Positions 23,001 through 37,225 of a stretch of 64,000 bases of DNA are shown here, piece after piece (position 1 is the stretch's first letter; every line of letters begins with the position of its first letter). A program made the position numbers and the translations under genes. The stretch spans positions 11,966,001 to 12,030,000 of the forward strand of contig JBHGNT010000011.1 of NCBI GenBank assembly GCA_043228905.1, in the 5' to 3' direction. Origin of the DNA: Azolla caroliniana. Its lineage: Eukaryota; Plantae; Polypodiophyta. The notes beneath the pieces are model-generated. The model ran no database searches. It saw only the letters and a list, made by a program, of their open reading frames with translations, and was not told the DNA's origin.

Positions 23001-26000
23001 CATTCAAGTCATAGTCATTGAGCTCTTCACTCTATAATAAGCCATTCTAAATGATTGAGTGTAAGGCTGACCTTCACATTCGAGGTCTAACAAAAGATCT
23101 ATGCATCCTTCACATGCACATGTAACCAAGCATGTTAAATATCCAAATCATTTGTTTTCTCTTACATGAAGAGTCAAAAGATTCTTGGGTTGAGATTTAC
23201 ATGTCATGATACTTCGAATAATATATTGTTATGTGCTTATCATCAAGATCTGAAATTATGTCGTGGAGGATTATCATATAAGCTCTTGTCTTGTGTTGGA
23301 GATTATTTCGATCCTAAATTTGTGTAGGAATGCAACATTTAACCATTAACTGAGCAAGATCAAGTCTTTGTGGCACCTACAAACTAATTGTTCATGCACA
23401 TCAAACGTATATAACCAACCTAAATGCCCTATTTCTAACTAGAGAATTATTTGATTAAAAGCAAATTTAGTGGAAAAAAAGAGATTGATGTTGACAAATG
23501 AGTCTTGATTGAAGTACAGTTCAAGAATAACATATATAACTAACCATATGGTAGGTATTTGATATCATTTGTATCCAATGACATAAGGCCCATGTGCTCT
23601 TTCATGCATGATGATAGACTATAGTTTTGTACACTGTTGCATACATATTTGATCTTTACGAGGTTGACATACATCTTGTGAGAGACCATATTACAAACAT
23701 TGAGTGTTAAAAAGAGAGAAACATTATATCTTCCTCATACACTTTCACATTATCATATAGCTAGTTTCCTTATGTTCACTAGAATTCATCTCATATTATA
23801 TTATTTGAGGTCACCATGAATCCATGTTAGGTGCATTTGATAAAGTGCTAGTTCGTTTTAACTTGATAGTGTCTAAATCTCAAATTTTAAAGATCAATCA
23901 TTTGATGACATTGCAATAAGCTCAATATAATACTTGGTAAGTGGATTCGTCCTCATTTTGTTTGGAAATTACCACCCCTCGAAGACATGCATAAATATGT
24001 GTTTGTTTGTTTACTTGTCGGGTTGGATCTAAGGTTTTTTTCCTACCAATTAGCAGAGATTTTTCTCAATATGCTCATGTGCATGTGTTTCTCATGCTTG
24101 AGTCGAATTTTGAATGTTGTCCTTTTATTGGAATTGCATAATTACTTGGCTTGCTTGCATATTTCGCTATTGTGGATGTTAAGGTGGATTTTCTAATGTT
24201 TGAGTGTATGCAATTCACGTAAATATGAGAATTAGCCCCCACCCTTTCTCATCAACGCCGATTGATAATGCCGACAAGAGTATATATTTTGGAAAAGTTG
24301 TCAATTCCAACAACTGTATGTTGCTTTTTAAATTGCTATTTTTTTGGTAAAAAGGGAAATTACTCTATTTAATTTTGACATTTGAATAGGGTAATATAGA
24401 TATTTTTGAACATGGAGTAGAGTAGGGGATCAAGACTATCCCCTTCTATCTTACTTTAGAGCAATCTTGTCTTCACCCCCGAAAGAAAAATGATTGCAGT
24501 TAAAGAAATACTTCAAAATGCCAAACTACTTGTCGGCAATGTATAAAGAGAGAGAGAAAGTCAAAAAATAAAGAAATTTGCTTCTATGTATATCATAGGG
24601 CAAGCTAAATGACAGTCTACCATCTATGGAAGGTTGAAAAGTGATGAATTTTTATGTGGAAGTGTCCTCGGCTTTTCTACTTGGACAACAACATTAAAGG
24701 GAAATGTGTGGAACACGGAGTCCTCCAAACATATCTCATAATATCCTCAATTGATAAGATAGAACACAAATTTAGGTCCTCCTATCACGCACGACTACCA
24801 AAACTAAACCCTCATATTACCAAGTTTCTAAGTGTTCTTGTGTCTCGACTCTCTACATAGAACATTTCATTTTGTGATGTCCTTAATGAGCAACCTGCAG
24901 TGTCAAACATTAAGTCTACATTGATGTGTAGATTTCAAATATAAGCATCCACTAATTTTATTCCATTAGGATTACTGAGTAGTTTAATTCAAGAAGGTGG
25001 TTTCTGAACATCTAATTGCATGCGGTAGTCAATCAACTATTGTTGTGTCGTCAAAATGTCCTAATCAATTTCAAAATATTATTTGAACAATGAATCACAT
25101 TTACACAGGAATATGCTTGCATGGAATAACATACATTTTGATGTGCAACGATAGAAATGACAAAATATTCAAGGCGTAAGAGGTTTGATTTGTGACTCAT
25201 TGCTTAGAACACACTTAAGCAAGCAATGTAGCCTAAAAACAGGCTTTCCTCTTACTTTAGGGAGAACTTATGGAGAACCATATCAAATGAAATCCCATTG
25301 GTAGCATTGCCTTTAACTTAAGATCACACTAACTTTAAGAAGTAATCTCCGAGCCACCTTTTAATAGAGCCTCTCAAGGACCTCATGAGATCACAGAAGC
25401 AAGGTTTGTCTTAAGCAAACCATTAGCACAATCAACAAATTGCATCCCAACCATAGAGCCAACAAGGCATGTACAAAGTGGTGAACACTTAATACCTCAA
25501 ATGAGGGCTTGTTGACACAAAGATTGGTCATATTTGTGGTACACAACACCCCTCTAATAAAGAGTGTCCGCACACGGTGAAAGTTTGATATTTAAATGCA
25601 AAGCCTTTCACGTGAAAGCATCTAAGGCGTATAACAATTTAGATTGCCATCAAGCAAATTATGTAGTCCACCCTCCTCCTTACCTATATGCACATATGAG
25701 TATGTGTGTAAAAACCATTGATTGCATTCAGCCTCGATTTGAGGAGTGGACATACACCCGCGACGAAACGATTGTATAATCTACTAACATGTATAGTTAT
25801 CAAATAACAACTGGAAGGAGGGATTAATGGTTAATAAAAATGCCATAAGTTGAGCACCTTAAAAAGAAGAAAGCCAATATGGCCATTAAGTATACTTTAA
25901 TAAATAAATAAATAAATATGTTGGGTATAATGTACATTCTCAACCTTATTGTTAAGGCTTATAGATGCAATAAGCTCTTATTTGTTACCATAACCTCGGG

Positions 26001-26297
26001 TTTGCTTGGTGGTATATATGCGAAGCTCACGTCTCTTCCCGCAAGGTCCTCACCCCCCTAGAGAGGTGGTGCTCCTCTATTTATAGCTATATGACCATAG
26101 TTAGATCATGAAGAGCATTGATAAGTATGTAGGGAATGGGGTGGGGGGGTTATACGATGTTAACCCATGACCATGCTTGCCAACGTTTGTCGTCGATGTG
26201 CTTAGCATGGAGGACTCGGAACATGTCCCCGCCCATATCATTGGGGACTACTAGCCTTAGAGAACATATTTGGGGGTTTTTGTTTCTTGTTTTTTTT

Positions 26298-27527
26298 TTA
26301 GCTTTGCAAGTACAAGGCGGACGCTAGATCGTAGGGCGACCAAAGGCTATCGAGGGAACAGGGCGAGTGATTGTCAAGTCTCACCCAAGGCTTTCCTTTG
26401 CCACTCCAATGCAAGAGGCTAACAGGCCCAGGGTGCAAGGTCCTACACAAACCTTGGAGGTTGTCACCGCCCAAGCCGTGCTGGTTCCACCGGTGCTCGA
26501 TCGGCTTCACGTCGCCGGCGAACACGAGCAGGAAGGGCGGGAGCGAGCCGAGCTCGTAGATCCTGATCTCTTTTTGGACCTCCATCCATTCCTCGATGGC
26601 ACGGGTGTATCCCCACAGCCTCCACATGTCGAGGTCCATGACCATGACGCCGGTGTTGAAGTAGCACGGGCTGCGGCCCTCGAACACCCCGGACAATGTC
26701 GGGTCCATCCAGAAGAGGTCGGTGAAGTAGGCGGTGAAATTGGCGTGGCAATACTCGGGCGCGCCGAGCGGGTGCGAATCGAGGTCAATGTCCCATAGCT
26801 TTGCAATGTCGTCGAGCACAATTAGGTCGGAGTCGAGGTAGATCACGCGCTTCACGCAAGACGGGAGGATGTCCGGGAGGTACGTCCTCGCATAATTGAG
26901 CGGCTGCTCCAGCGCCTCCCGGATCGCGGCCGAGATCTTGTCCTTCACGAGTCCCGGGTCGAAGTCGTAGACCTTGAACCTTAGGTACGGGAATGTGGCC
27001 CGGAGGACCCGGCCCAGCTCGTGCTTGAATTCGGACGCCAGGAAGTGGAAGACCACATTCTCGGGGCACGCCGAGTGTTGCACAATCGAGAGGATCGCGG
27101 CCACCGATCCGCGGATGTAGTTGGCGTCCAGGGTCATGGCGATGTGCACCGAGAGCGGGTCGCAAAGGCTTGTCTCCTCTTCTTCGGCCGAGTATGTGGC
27201 CGCCGTGATCGAGGGGTAGAGCTCCGAGAAGAGGCATTCCTTCCCATTGCGGAAGGATGGGGCCTCCCGGAACCTTGGCCAATCCGCGGGGGACAACAAC
27301 GCTGCCTGTTGTTGTCGTTGCTGTGGCGCGAAGAGATCGGATGTGAATCTGGAGGCTACTAGGGGCAAATTGAAGGAGGTAAGGATGATGATTAAGATGA
27401 GGAGATATGTTGTTGGGAGAAGATTAGTTGTGGTGGTAATGGAGGAGACAGATGCAGCAAGATGGGGCACATGAGAAATGGTCATGGTGGAGATGTAGAG
27501 AGGAGGAGAGGGGGTTTGATGAATCAT
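26298..27527 (-). CDS. GATL: Galacturonosyltransferase-like protein (glycosyltransferase family 8, GATL/PARVUS-like), intronless CDS
   Basis: Intact ORF with [28 protein letters not shown] (DxD), [45 protein letters not shown] and an N-terminal hydrophobic anchor (YLLILIIIL). The start is uncertain (27527 or 27485; the ORF is open to 27692). Confidence 0.95.
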   Translation of the reverse strand: MIHQTPSPPLYISTMTISHVPHLAASVSSITTTTNLLPTTYLLILIIILTSFNLPLVASRFTSDLFAPQQRQQQAALLSPADWPRFREAPSFRNGKECLFSELYPSITAATYSAEEEETSLCDPLSVHIAMTLDANYIRGSVAAILSIVQHSACPENVVFHFLASEFKHELGRVLRATFPYLRFKVYDFDPGLVKDKISAAIREALEQPLNYARTYLPDILPSCVKRVIYLDSDLIVLDDIAKLWDIDLDSHPLGAPEYCHANFTAYFTDLFWMDPTLSGVFEGRSPCYFNTGVMVMDLDMWRLWGYTRAIEEWMEVQKEIRIYELGSLPPFLLVFAGDVKPIEHRWNQHGLGGDNLQGLCRTLHPGPVSLLHWSGKGKPWVRLDNHSPCSLDSLWSPYDLASALYLQS

Positions 27528-27882
27528 CGGGGCATCATTGTATGTGTCTGTTCTGCAATATAGGTAGGAGAGACTGTAAGAGAAGGAAATAATGGAAAGG
27601 CTAGATAGGACATATATATATGGGTGTGTGAGTGGGATGATGGATGTATACAAGAAATGGAATCCAGTAAAGATCAGACATATGGTATGCAAGATATATA
27701 TACATATATATATTGTATATATGTATGTAGTCCGGATTGATGTGGATGATGGAATTGTGGTGGCTCATTCAATTCAATTCAATTCTTTCTTTTCATTCAT
27801 TCTTTCATGGATGGATGGTGTTCTTCTGTGGAGGAGATGTAGCAGATGATGGTAGTGCTGCCTGCTGCTACTGCTGCTGCTT

Positions 27883-28350
27883 GGTGATGGTGATGGTGAT
27901 GGTGATGGTGATGGTGATGGTGATGAGAGACAGAGAGAGACAGAGAGAGAGAATGTGGGGAAGAGGTGAGGAGGAGTGGGTGGGTGGGTGGAGAAGAAGA
28001 AGAAGAAGTGCTCTCTCTCTCTCTCAGTGTTTTTGGGGGTAATGGTGGTAGAGAGAGAGAGAGAGTGGGGGCAGAGTGAGCTGGATGTCTCTCTCTCTCT
28101 CTCTCTTAGTTGGATTGCTTACAAAGAGTAGAGAGCCTAGAGAGAGATACACACATGCTGCCAATCTAGAGGCACACACACACTCTCTCTCTCTCTCTCT
28201 CTCTTGCCAATGTAGAGAGAGAGAGACACATACACACACACAGAGGGAAAGTCTGAGAGACATGGTTGCCAATCTAGAGGCACATTCACAGCCTACAGGC
28301 CTCCCAAATCTAGAGAGAGATAACGTGCGTGTGTGTGTGTGTGTGTGCTT
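27883..28350. repeat. Microsatellite-rich GATL 5' leader/promoter: (GGTGAT)n, (GA)n, (CT)n, (GT)n and repeated GCCAATCTAGAGGCACA
   Basis: Visible directly; GCCAATCTAGAGGCACA at ~28160 and ~28268, with variants at ~28206 and ~28304. Confidence 0.7.
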
Positions 28351-29392
28351 TGTGTCTTCTCTCTTCAAAATACATACATATGTACATATTTTAATTTCTT
28401 CCATCTCATTTTTATATGTATGGTATGGTATGGTACATAATGGTATGTACATACTTGCTTCTTCTCCTTCTTTTTCGCCATCTATTTCTTTTTGTTTTTT
28501 TTTTTGTTAAAGTTAATTGCTTACTTATTATTCTTCGTCTTCCGCTTTATTTTTTGTTTTCGCTTTTTTTTCAATTTTTTCAAAAATGTGCAAGCCTATA
28601 GCCGGTCTCGAAAAGACAACGCAAATCATACGGAAGCCATGGGCATAGTACAATACATACATATACTATACAACCGACCGTCACCCACCAGAAGAAGCGG
28701 GCATAGAAAGCAAACACGTATGCACAGTAACTGGTTGCACCGGGAGTAGCCAGTCTTCTTTTTTTTAATGATTAACACATTGGTAATTTATCGAATTTCT
28801 TTCTCCTTTATCATCACCTTTATCACTTTCTACAAAGGAAACAAACAAAACTTAAGAAGCTCCATAAGTGTTATTCTTTTTATTTTATAGAAGCTTCTAA
28901 GTCCACACACACACACACACACACACAAAATGCATGCCACACATACACATTTTTACAGGTTTTTTTTTCATAGAGCAGCTTCCGATTCCGTATCTTTATC
29001 GACCACAAAACTACTCCATTGTCCTCTCTCCTACTCCTCGTGCGACACTATTGCATTCTAGTGTGGGTTCCCATATTCCTCTTCCAGATCACTCTCAAAA
29101 ACTTTAGGGTGAATTACATGCGTCCCTTGCCAACTTTATGCAATACCTCCATACTGGGAGCTCAATCGCTCCTCCAAGCTTCCTCTTTTCAAGGATTAGG
29201 AGAAATTAGAAATGTACCCTCAACAACATGGGTAGATACAAAGCCCATAAAGTACTCCTTTAAATGCATGAAGCCTTAAAGAAATCCCTTTAAGATTAAA
29301 AAGATGTGGCATGATTGATAGATGGTATGATAAGCCCACGACCAATGAGCTATAGTGCGCCAAATAACCGACATACTATCCTCAATGTTTGT

Positions 29393-29450
<58 letters not shown>

Positions 29451-32400
29451 CCCCCCCCCCCCCCACAAAATAAGGATTTGTCACCTAACTATTTACGAGG
29501 AGGGTTCCATTCCTATGCACCTTGCTAGGGTTTGTAGCTCACTTGCGATCTTTGCTCCCATGGACAAACTTGCAATTTTCAGACAATTAGTTAAGCAAAC
29601 GGACAACTCAATGAACCTAGATCGAGTCTATGGAAGGGAATAAATCAATACTATATACATTCATTTTGCCAAACTCCCATGTGCACATCCTACAAAGGAG
29701 TACACATCAGATCAAGGGCTAGATATTGTCATTAGCTGCAATTATGAGAAGATAAATTAAATCAAGATTATATGAGTTTTATTCCAAATTTAGGAAAACA
29801 AAATCTAATACGTATTGGGGAAGGATGTAACAAACTTTCCCATATATCACATCCATATGGTCCTCGAACTATACTTCAAAGAATGATGTACTAGGGGGAA
29901 GGAGAGGAGAGGTATCACTTGAAGATATGAAAACATAATGCTTTTTGGAAAGAGCATCACTTCCATATGCAAATGTCTCTTGAACATAACACCTCTTCAC
30001 AATGTAGATGCTTCTTCAAATTAATGAATCTTCAATATACAAACTTTTTTTGTAATGCCCGAACTTTACTCCAAGTTTGAGTATATAGTTGGCCCAAATT
30101 TGTCTAAATCCTACAAATTAGTTTTGAAGGTAGCTAGGGTGCTTTTCCTCCTAAATTCTTGTAATGCATTTCAATATTTTTTCGTTAATGAATAACTAGC
30201 AATAACATCAACAAACTTCCTTGTAGATCCAAGGTGGGTTATTGTCAATCAAAACCATCTCAAACATGACTACAATGCATGCAACCATCCTCGATCAATG
30301 ATCTTGAAGGACAACACACTTTTATGGTTGTCTGCCGATGACTTATGGCAAAATCAATTGCTACATATAATCAAGGTTCAATGAGAGTTATCATTTGTCT
30401 GAATCATCATGAAACACAACAATAGATATGGTGTTAAGCTACAAAGCAAAGCCCTAATTGGTTGTTGACACTTTGAGGATTTCATAATATTCTAGCAATC
30501 AAGATGGCTGAAAATAGTGAGAAAAACATTACAATGAAATAAATAAATTGAGACGAGACCAAAGCTCATAATATTGAACCCCATGATCTCGTTCATAAGA
30601 CGTCCCATTTAAAGTGTTGGGAGAACCTAATACATACTACAAAACCAAAAAGACACTAACCCCATTAACTAGAGCAAATAGTTAACTCAGACCAACAAAA
30701 AAAAGTTGATGCAACATCATTATAAAGTGGCCATCATAATAAAAAAAGGCATTGCCATCATAATAGCTAAGTCTAGATTTACACACCCCCTATTGTGCGA
30801 CACACATGACTTAGTATGCAAGGAGCACATGTGTATGGTGGTTGGTATAGAACAAATAGGTTGTCAAAATTTATATTAGGTCAATATTTCCTTTTAATAT
30901 TTTTCATGTATTATGTCCCGATTAATTGATTAGACCATCGACGTAATTGTGTGGACTATTGGGTCAAAAAGTTCATTAGCGTTGGAGCAATGGAGACCCA
31001 TTGAGATGTTAAGCCCTCAAAAAATTAAAATTGATACATTGAATCTTGATCCATGAGATGGCTATGGACAATTCGTACAAAAAATGCATCATTAAAGTTA
31101 CGTGTTTCATATATGTCATCGACTTCAAATTAATTGAAAATGGTCATTCCTCTAATGCTAACATGTTTCCAAACCTTAAAATATATGTCTCACAACCAAG
31201 TTCATAAGGTTTACGACATTTTTCGAAGGATTGACTCCACAATAACTAAACAAGGTTCCCATTACAAAACCAACATGACTTCAGATATTTGGGTAGTAAA
31301 GGCTAAGTTAAATTCACTTCTGACAATCCTTTCCATGAAGATGTGCAAATCTGAGCATTAACATAAAACAACATATAATCCTTGTAAACGTATATGCGAG
31401 TGTGAAGTGTATTTCTAATCCTCTCCAAATTATATAAGGAATCAAACTTTAGATTATTAGATATTAAATACAGTAACTCTTTGAATGATTATATAGATTT
31501 CTATATAAATAATGGTTTCTTTGGAGGGGTCAATAGAAAATCTCTAATTTATTAAAAATACTTTGGTAGAAAGCATTGCACTAAGACAAATTTTGTCCCT
31601 CCTTAACTTTTTTTTTTCCCAATGATGCTTTATATTATGTCTAAAATGATTTAAATGATATATAGACACTTCCAAATATTCTTAACAACTTCATCATGGA
31701 TTTTTTACCTTTTCCAACTGCTCTTGGCTGCCAGAGACATTCACTAGTGCACCACATTTTGCATACAAATCTACCAAAGTATTAATCATATTGTAAAAAC
31801 AATGTAAGTTTGCCCACTGTTCAGTTTTTTCATTGACATATTTGTTGCCTACTAGAGTTTAATGTACTTGATAATAATAACAACCGCTCAACGGGAAATT
31901 AAGTAAAGCTAATAGAGTTTAAAAAGGAAAAATATGTTTGATGAACTTAAAGCCTACTGAATGAGGATTGATGATGGATTCAAAGAAAATTGTTTAGATG
32001 AACTATTGAAAGGAAAGTATCAAAAGAACAAGTAAAAAACCATAATGAAAGGCACATCAAATCCAATCACTTTGAATCATTACGTGTTCGCTTAGCTAAC
32101 TAAACAACTCGTGTTGAAACATGATTTATTTCTCAATCCAGTCATGATTTAGAATTGGAAAGTAAATATCTTTAAACATACACTTTTAATGCATTTGGGC
32201 GAGTTCGACGTGTAAAAAGGTGAGTTGAGTCTCTGTGAACTTATTTTAAATATTTCATTACTGTATTGGCTAATATTGTTTGAAATTGGATGGAAACATG
32301 TAGAAGATATATTAATGCATTTGGCTTAGCTTGATGGGTGCAACAAATACGAAAGAGTTTATGTTTGACTATTCGTGTAATCGAGGGTTGACTATACCTA

Positions 32401-32973
32401 TAGTTTTTATATAATGTGCATTCAAGGTGTATTAAAAACATGAGGTGACCCAACCCTTAGCGATCCCCTAAATAATTGTGTTGACCCCTTAACCCCGCAA
32501 TACAAAACTTTTTTTGTGGCATAAATTGTCGAGATTAGCTATGTATTTTTGTTTTTAGGAAATATATATGTGCTTCCACCATACATATATATCCTCATTG
32601 CTCATTAGGGCTTTATCTAGTCTATCTATGGTGAACACTTTAAATGGCACACTTATGCAAGAAGTAATGGGTTTCTAAGTGACTCCATGAATCTCATGTC
32701 AAATGAACACAATACACGCATAGATGTTTATGATTATGTCAATTGAGATTGCTTAAGAGACCTAACTAACAATGGAAATGTCTCCACCTCTAATCCGAGA
32801 ATGTTCTAGGTTATTGATAGTCGGTTCAATGTGTATGTAAATTCCTATTATTATGAAATCTCTAGGTCTAGTGATGTACAGTCCGATGTTATGGGTCCAA
32901 TACAAGCAACTTCAAATGTCTCTACATGCAACGAACATGCTCACACCACATGTGTGTGTTTATGTGCACAAGC

Positions 32974-33048
32974 TAAGGACATGTCACCAATATAAGGATG
33001 CCTTAAGGACATGTCACCAATATAAACTAAGGACATGTCACCAATATA
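32974..33048. repeat. Three tandem copies of TAAGGACATGTCACCAATAT (period 25-29 bp)
   Basis: Visible directly. Confidence 0.85.
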
Positions 33049-33169
33049 TTCGAAAAGGAAATCAAATTTCCAATGTAGAGAGAATTATCCCTTAGATAAA
33101 GTCTAGAATCGATGCAAAAACACATCATAGTTGTGTTGTTAAAGAGAGAGAAAGAGAAAGAGAGCCCAG

Positions 33170-33240
33170 ATGGATGTAGCTCAGTTGGTAAGGTTGCCCA
33201 ATGGAGACCAGGTGGTCATGGGTTGAACCTCTACATTTCA
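33170..33240 (+). mobile_element. tRNA-derived SINE-like head (degenerate)
   Basis: A box TAGCTCAGTTGG (33177) and degenerate B box GGTTGAACC (33221); ATGTAG...CTACAT pairing. Confidence 0.45.
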
Positions 33241-36200
33241 CGATGGCATCTAGTGAATTAAAAAATATATGTGTGAAGTATCTAATAGAGAGGTGAGATA
33301 TTGGGGTTTGAACCCAAGACATAATGCTTATAGTGTAACAACTTACCAAGGGTAAGGTATTTATGAAAAAAGAAGCAGAGAGAGAGATGAATAATCCCAA
33401 AGCATCCCATTAGCTGATTGTTGAGTCAAAAGTCAAAACAATACGTACATAAAATATCAGGCATGAGAAGGACGATAAGGAGATTTTTTTATTATTAAAA
33501 GGGAGATCAAAAAAGTCGTTACGAACATATTTAATGCATTACAGTTGTTCCAACGAGAGCTACCATTTTAAAAAGGACATATCGATAATGAAGAATCATA
33601 ATATGTAGAATGTAAAAAAGAGGTTTCGGTGCTACGGAATAACGTGCAGATCTTCTCGAAACGACGAAGTATCAAAATTTGAAATAATGTCAGGAAATAT
33701 CGGAGGAAAAGAAGAAAGGTAGTAAGTGTGCGATAATAGATTGGCACCCGTGTGCGTGGCACCAATTTTTAACCATAGAACTTATGATCTTTTATAAAGG
33801 TCGGAAGCAAATGGTTAGTATTGGTTTTTCTCAAAGGGTCTAAACTTGGAGGAGCACTTAGATTTTCTTTCTTTTTAGTTCCTTTTCCTAATGTCTCTGT
33901 TCCCTCCACCTTTTTGTGTTTTTCTTATATCTTAATTTCATGATAAGATCGAGAAATCCCCCATTCTCTAATTCTTTAATCTTGGAGTGTTTAAGCTCTT
34001 TGATGGAATCGAGGCCTGAGGCCATTTTGGAATTTGTAAATTTTAGGAGCATGGAAATTTTTATTTTGAACCGTGTTTTTGAGCTCATTTTTAATTCCTA
34101 AGGTGCATGTAGTTCCTACACTAACATTGACTTCATGTAACGCGTTTTTTGTTGAAGTCAACAAACCTCTAAAAAAGTCCTCACATATTATATAATTTCA
34201 TATTTGTGAAGGAATATATCCTCACCCCCCCCACCCCAATTACTTTAGTTTTATATATCTTGATTCCCCACCAATTTGCAATCCCGATAATAGAATATCC
34301 ATTAGTTTAGTTTGCAAACAAGTTCTCATTGTGCTAGTATTTGCCCAAAATTCGACTTCTTCCTTACATCAATTGGGGACCATGATTCTACCTTACACCT
34401 ACTAGTGCAACAACCCCACATACACAAAAGGAGAGCTCTAGTGCATAAGTCATTCGACAAAAAACAAATTTGTACGAATAGAACCCATATACTACTAGCC
34501 CCAACTCAGTGCTTGTACGACACATGAATGTTGATATGCTTTTGTCAATGAATGATTCTTAATGCTTTTCAAGTAATGATATTCCCTTCCTTGCAAGGTA
34601 TGATAGTAGTGGATAGGTAAATCCAAATATTATCACGATTTTCCCCTCGGAATGAAGTAAATAACATTATGGTGTATCATATGTTTCCTCATTCGGAATT
34701 AGCAACATAATCAAATAGAAATTTGTGTGACAAAATGGTGTTGATGCCAGACATCAGTGTTCGATTATCATATTCTTGTATCAATTTGATGTGACAATAT
34801 GCATGATGATGGCACACACATCAACTACAATTTCAAAAGATGGAAAAAAATCCCAAATAATTATCTATGGAAATTAACAATTTCACATGCATATTTTAAG
34901 TTTTCGTGTTTCCTCACATGTTATTTACATGTGTATGAAAATTATAAAGATGCCTCGTAAATATACAAGATCCAACTATGAAACTTGGTTTGTGACAATG
35001 GCTCCTCGTTAATGAATGAAAGTTATGGAACTCTAAACACAATCAAACTATGAACCTAAAGTTCACATATAATTAAATGTTAAGAAATAAACATAAGCAT
35101 GCAAAAGTGAAAACATGTAATCTCCAACCTATGTATTCGTTCTTTAATTCCATGGGTAATATCTTTGGATATGCTAGTAAGAAAAAGCGGCTCGATAGAA
35201 AAGTGATCAATTCATTTGTGTTGGAATCTGGATACATGCAAGTTTATGTGTAACGGTAAATATCCCTTTATAAAGGGTATCTAAATGAGATTTTTATACA
35301 TTAAACATGTATATATGTCTTAAATATGTTATCACACATGTGAAAGTTCGAGGTAAGGTATAGCCTTTGGTAAATCTCAACTCAAGTCATTCCCTAGTTT
35401 CATGTAGCCAAATCTACATTTTGTGGGTAAATCCCCTTGCTTAGGCACTGGAGAGTTGCAACCATGCATCAAAACTTCGAAAGGATTAAAAAAACAATAT
35501 TGTGTCCAAATTAACTCTCGTTTTAACTTTAGGTCCTTCCTAATTCTTACATGTATTCAATGTTGAAGCATTAAAATATTGCTTCTTTATGAAAATACTA
35601 CAAAATACATAGAGTGAATAAGAACAATGAATTAAACAAGTACATTTGTCTTTGTTTCGGATGGAGTGATTGCAACAATATATGTCTCATCTACAGTTGT
35701 CTACAAACTATAGCAAATTGAACATTCCTAGTCACAAAAGAAGGGGTTATTAAATGTGCAAATTACAAAGGGATGCGTAATCTCAAGACACACACATGTA
35801 ATTATATGTAATTCGATTTCAAAATCCCCCCTACAATCAATTCCATACACATCCATCAATAAACAAGCTCCTCTCTCATATATGTATTTAGATTTGTTTG
35901 GATAAAACGATGAATAGCTCTAGAGTATCTCAAAAATATAATAAAGTCATAATTCCACATCTTGGATTGTAGGTGCTATACAATTTTGAAGTCGCATCAC
36001 AATCACTACTTATTAATAGAAGTTTATAATGAAATATTTGCATTGACGTTTGAATGTGCTCCCCATCAATTTCATCATTAGTCTTAAGGCATTCATTGTT
36101 GTATACATATGAGTCAAATGAGATATAGCTCCTCACAATTTCTTAACATTTGTTTAGGGGTAATGATTCTAAATTGCGCTACTTATGTTTTTAAACCTAA

Positions 36201-36723
36201 CCATGAAAACTTTTGGTCACTTATACTATGATAGGGAATCATTTCGTTGCAACGTCAATGTCATTTTAAATTTCAGGCACAGTAAAAGCTTTTAAGATTT
36301 TTCTTAATTTCATGTGGAGTTTTTTCAAACTTATCGTCAGCCAAAAGTCTCTAGATAAATTGGGCAAGCTAGAATGACGTTGCATATTAAACATGTAAAA
36401 CGAAGTTCCATATGCTCACCAAGTCCATTAAATTTATGCCTAGTCAACATGCTAATAGTGTCTCTCCATTAGGTTCATAACCATCAAATCTTGTATTTTG
36501 AATGAATCACATACACTTTTTGAAAAGGAACAAGGAAGACAATATGTTAACAGTTAGAGCACTAGAGACCCATAAACTTCTTGCAAATATAAAGGATGTT
36601 AACAAAAATATATTAAAAACTCCATAACGGGCTCCAAAACATGCATATTCTATATAAATATTTAAAGGACTTTCAAATTAACATAAAAAGTAATGAGCAA
36701 TAGATGATCTCATTCATCATTAG

Positions 36724-37225
36724 CAATGGCACGGTTTTGACTCAAACCAAACCAAACCAAACCAAACCGTTAAGCCATGGTTTAACGGTTTACTGGTTCC
36801 AAAATAATTTTAATGGTTTGGATTTTTGATAAACGGTTCGGTTTGGTTCTAAAACTCAAGTTTATACGTTTTTAGTTAGCTTTTTTTTTACCTTAATAGT
36901 GTATTGATTTAAAGGTTTAATTAATGGGTTTTTATTGATTTAATAAATTTAACTTAAATACTTATTTAATTTAATGTATTTTTGTTTAATTTAATGGTTC
37001 AATTAAAGTTTCTTTTATTGGTTTAATAAATTTAACTTAAATACTTATTTAATTTAATGTATTTTTGTTTATTTAGATGTTTAATTAGTTTGATTTAATT
37101 GGTTAGGTTTAAATTTTTTATTAATTGGTTTAGGTTTGGTTTTAACTTTTCCCTAAACGGTTAGGTTTAAATTTTTTATTAAATGGTTTGGTTTGGTTTC
37201 AACTTTTCCCTAAACGATGTCATGA
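36724..37225. mobile_element. Putative MITE / non-autonomous hAT-like element with AAACC/GGTTT subterminal repeats and internal duplications
   Basis: Imperfect terminal inversion (ATGGCACGGTTT...AAACGATGTCAT), (AAACC)n, ~84-bp and ~58-bp internal direct repeats. No clear TSD. Confidence 0.4.

Noticed and set aside
27528-27692. N-terminal 55 aa of the 464-aa GATL ORF call
   Set aside because: Low-complexity, AT-rich and upstream of a likely splice acceptor; probably UTR or intron.
32974-33048. CRISPR-like repeat
   Set aside because: Spacers are only 5-9 bp, there are three copies, the context is eukaryotic and there are no cas genes; it is a simple tandem repeat.
33740-33765. Helitron terminus (GCACCCGTGTGCGTGGCAC)
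   Set aside because: The hairpin is imperfect and there is no clear CTAG end; insufficient support.
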